Shown piece after piece: positions 63,639-64,000 of a DNA stretch of 64,000 nt; within the stretch, counting starts at the first letter, position 1, and the number at the start of each line of letters is the position of its first letter. Source of the stretch: Gemmatimonadota bacterium. Lineage in GTDB: Bacteria > Gemmatimonadota > Gemmatimonadetes > Gemmatimonadales > GWC2-71-9. Below the pieces are notes generated by a model. The model did not search any database. It was not told the origin of the DNA and saw only the letters and a list, made by a program, of their open reading frames with translations. A program made the position numbers and the translations under genes. The DNA lies in the NCBI GenBank assembly GCA_041484445.1, contig JBGPHP010000001.1, forward strand, positions 4,150 to 68,149. Direction: 5' to 3'.

Positions 63639-63666
63639 AATATATCAACATCGGTTGATTTGTCAA
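63639..63666 (-). promoter_or_regulatory. Near-consensus sigma70 promoter TTGACA-16-TATATT for arsR, with palindrome ATCAAC-N4-GTTGAT in the spacer; predicted leaderless transcript
   Basis: The minus strand reads TTGACA AATCAACCGATGTTGA TATATT ACGCGGC ATG. The -35 is at 63661-63666, the -10 at 63639-63644, and the palindrome at 63644-63659. Only 7 nt separate the -10 from the ATG. Confidence 0.65.
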
Positions 63667-63673
63667 ACGACCG

Positions 63674-64000
63674 TCAGCCGAGTGGCAGCTCCGGGCTTGC
63701 CTCGTGCGCCAGCAGCCAGCGTTTGCGCTCGATGCCCCCGCCAAAGCCGGTGAGCTCGCCATGCGCTCCCACCACGCGGTGGCAGGGGACGATGATGGGG
63801 ATCGGGTTCTTGCCGTTAGCGGCGCCCACGGCGCGCGCCGCGTCCGCGGCGCCGATACGGCGCGCGATTGCCGCGTAGCTCGACGTCGTGCCATAGGGGA
63901 TATCGCGCAGGGCGCTCCACACCCGCTCCTGGAACGGTGTGCCGCGCGGCGCGAGGGGCAAGTCGAATGTCGTGCGCGCGCACGCGAAGTACTCCTCGAG
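63674..64000 (-). CDS. ogt: Methylated-DNA--protein-cysteine methyltransferase (Ogt/Ada C-terminal domain), 5' end outside the window
   Basis: Active-site IPIIVPCHRVVG. The frame is open to the window edge (the track start at 63961 is TTG and probably internal). Confidence 0.88.
   Translation of the reverse strand, partial: LEEYFACARTTFDLPLAPRGTPFQERVWSALRDIPYGTTSSYAAIARRIGAADAARAVGAANGKNPIPIIVPCHRVVGAHGELTGFGGGIERKRWLLAHEASPELPLG

Noticed and set aside
1-64000. Search for CRISPR arrays, tRNA/rRNA genes, riboswitch-sized leaders, transposases, integrases, phage genes and long nucleotide-level direct repeats.
   Set aside because: None was seen. Intergenic gaps are short, at most 243 nt. No T-loop-like GGTTCGAATCC elements or regularly spaced repeats were found. 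All repeats noted are protein-level and diverged at the DNA level.

Overview
This is a high-GC (roughly 70% by eye), densely coding chromosomal segment. I call about 55 protein genes. I found no rRNA, tRNA, CRISPR array, transposase or integrase. Most of the long ORFs in the six-frame track are Arg/Pro/Gly-rich antisense shadows of real genes, as expected at this GC content.

Gene content:
- Many secreted peptidases: S46, M1, S9, M61 and M28.
- A TonB-dependent receptor and a TonB protein.
- FeoAB.
- Two Ser/Thr kinases with large sensor regions.
- Two BlaI/BlaR1 (M56) pairs.
- Two LytS/LytTR two-component systems.
- A PQQ dehydrogenase.
- An arsR-arsM module.

This resembles a Gemmatimonadota- or Acidobacteriota-like soil bacterium, but that is inferred from gene content only.

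Most notable observations:
1. A radical SAM gene has an ORF that stops at an in-frame TGA. Read-through gives C-U-A-E-P, and a hairpin sits where a SECIS element would be, so this is a probable selenoprotein.
2. A BlaI-like repressor, an M56 sensor-protease and a secreted HExxH protein form a unit. The same perfect TACGAAG-N2-CTTCGTA palindrome sits upstream of the repressor gene and again on the first codons of the third gene.
3. A second BlaI/BlaR1 pair has twin TGCTAA-N4-TTAGCA operators on a sigma70-like promoter. Its sensor ends in an exact 34-residue SDYD repeat array.
4. A secreted protein is built from modules repeated with an exact 137-aa period.
5. A membrane receptor Ser/Thr kinase is translationally coupled to an AfsR-like regulator (SARP plus ATPase).
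6. arsR has a near-consensus promoter that looks leaderless, with a palindrome in its spacer and a related palindrome before arsM.

All coordinates were counted by hand from the printed sequence. Start codons are the least certain part. No database search or computation was run.
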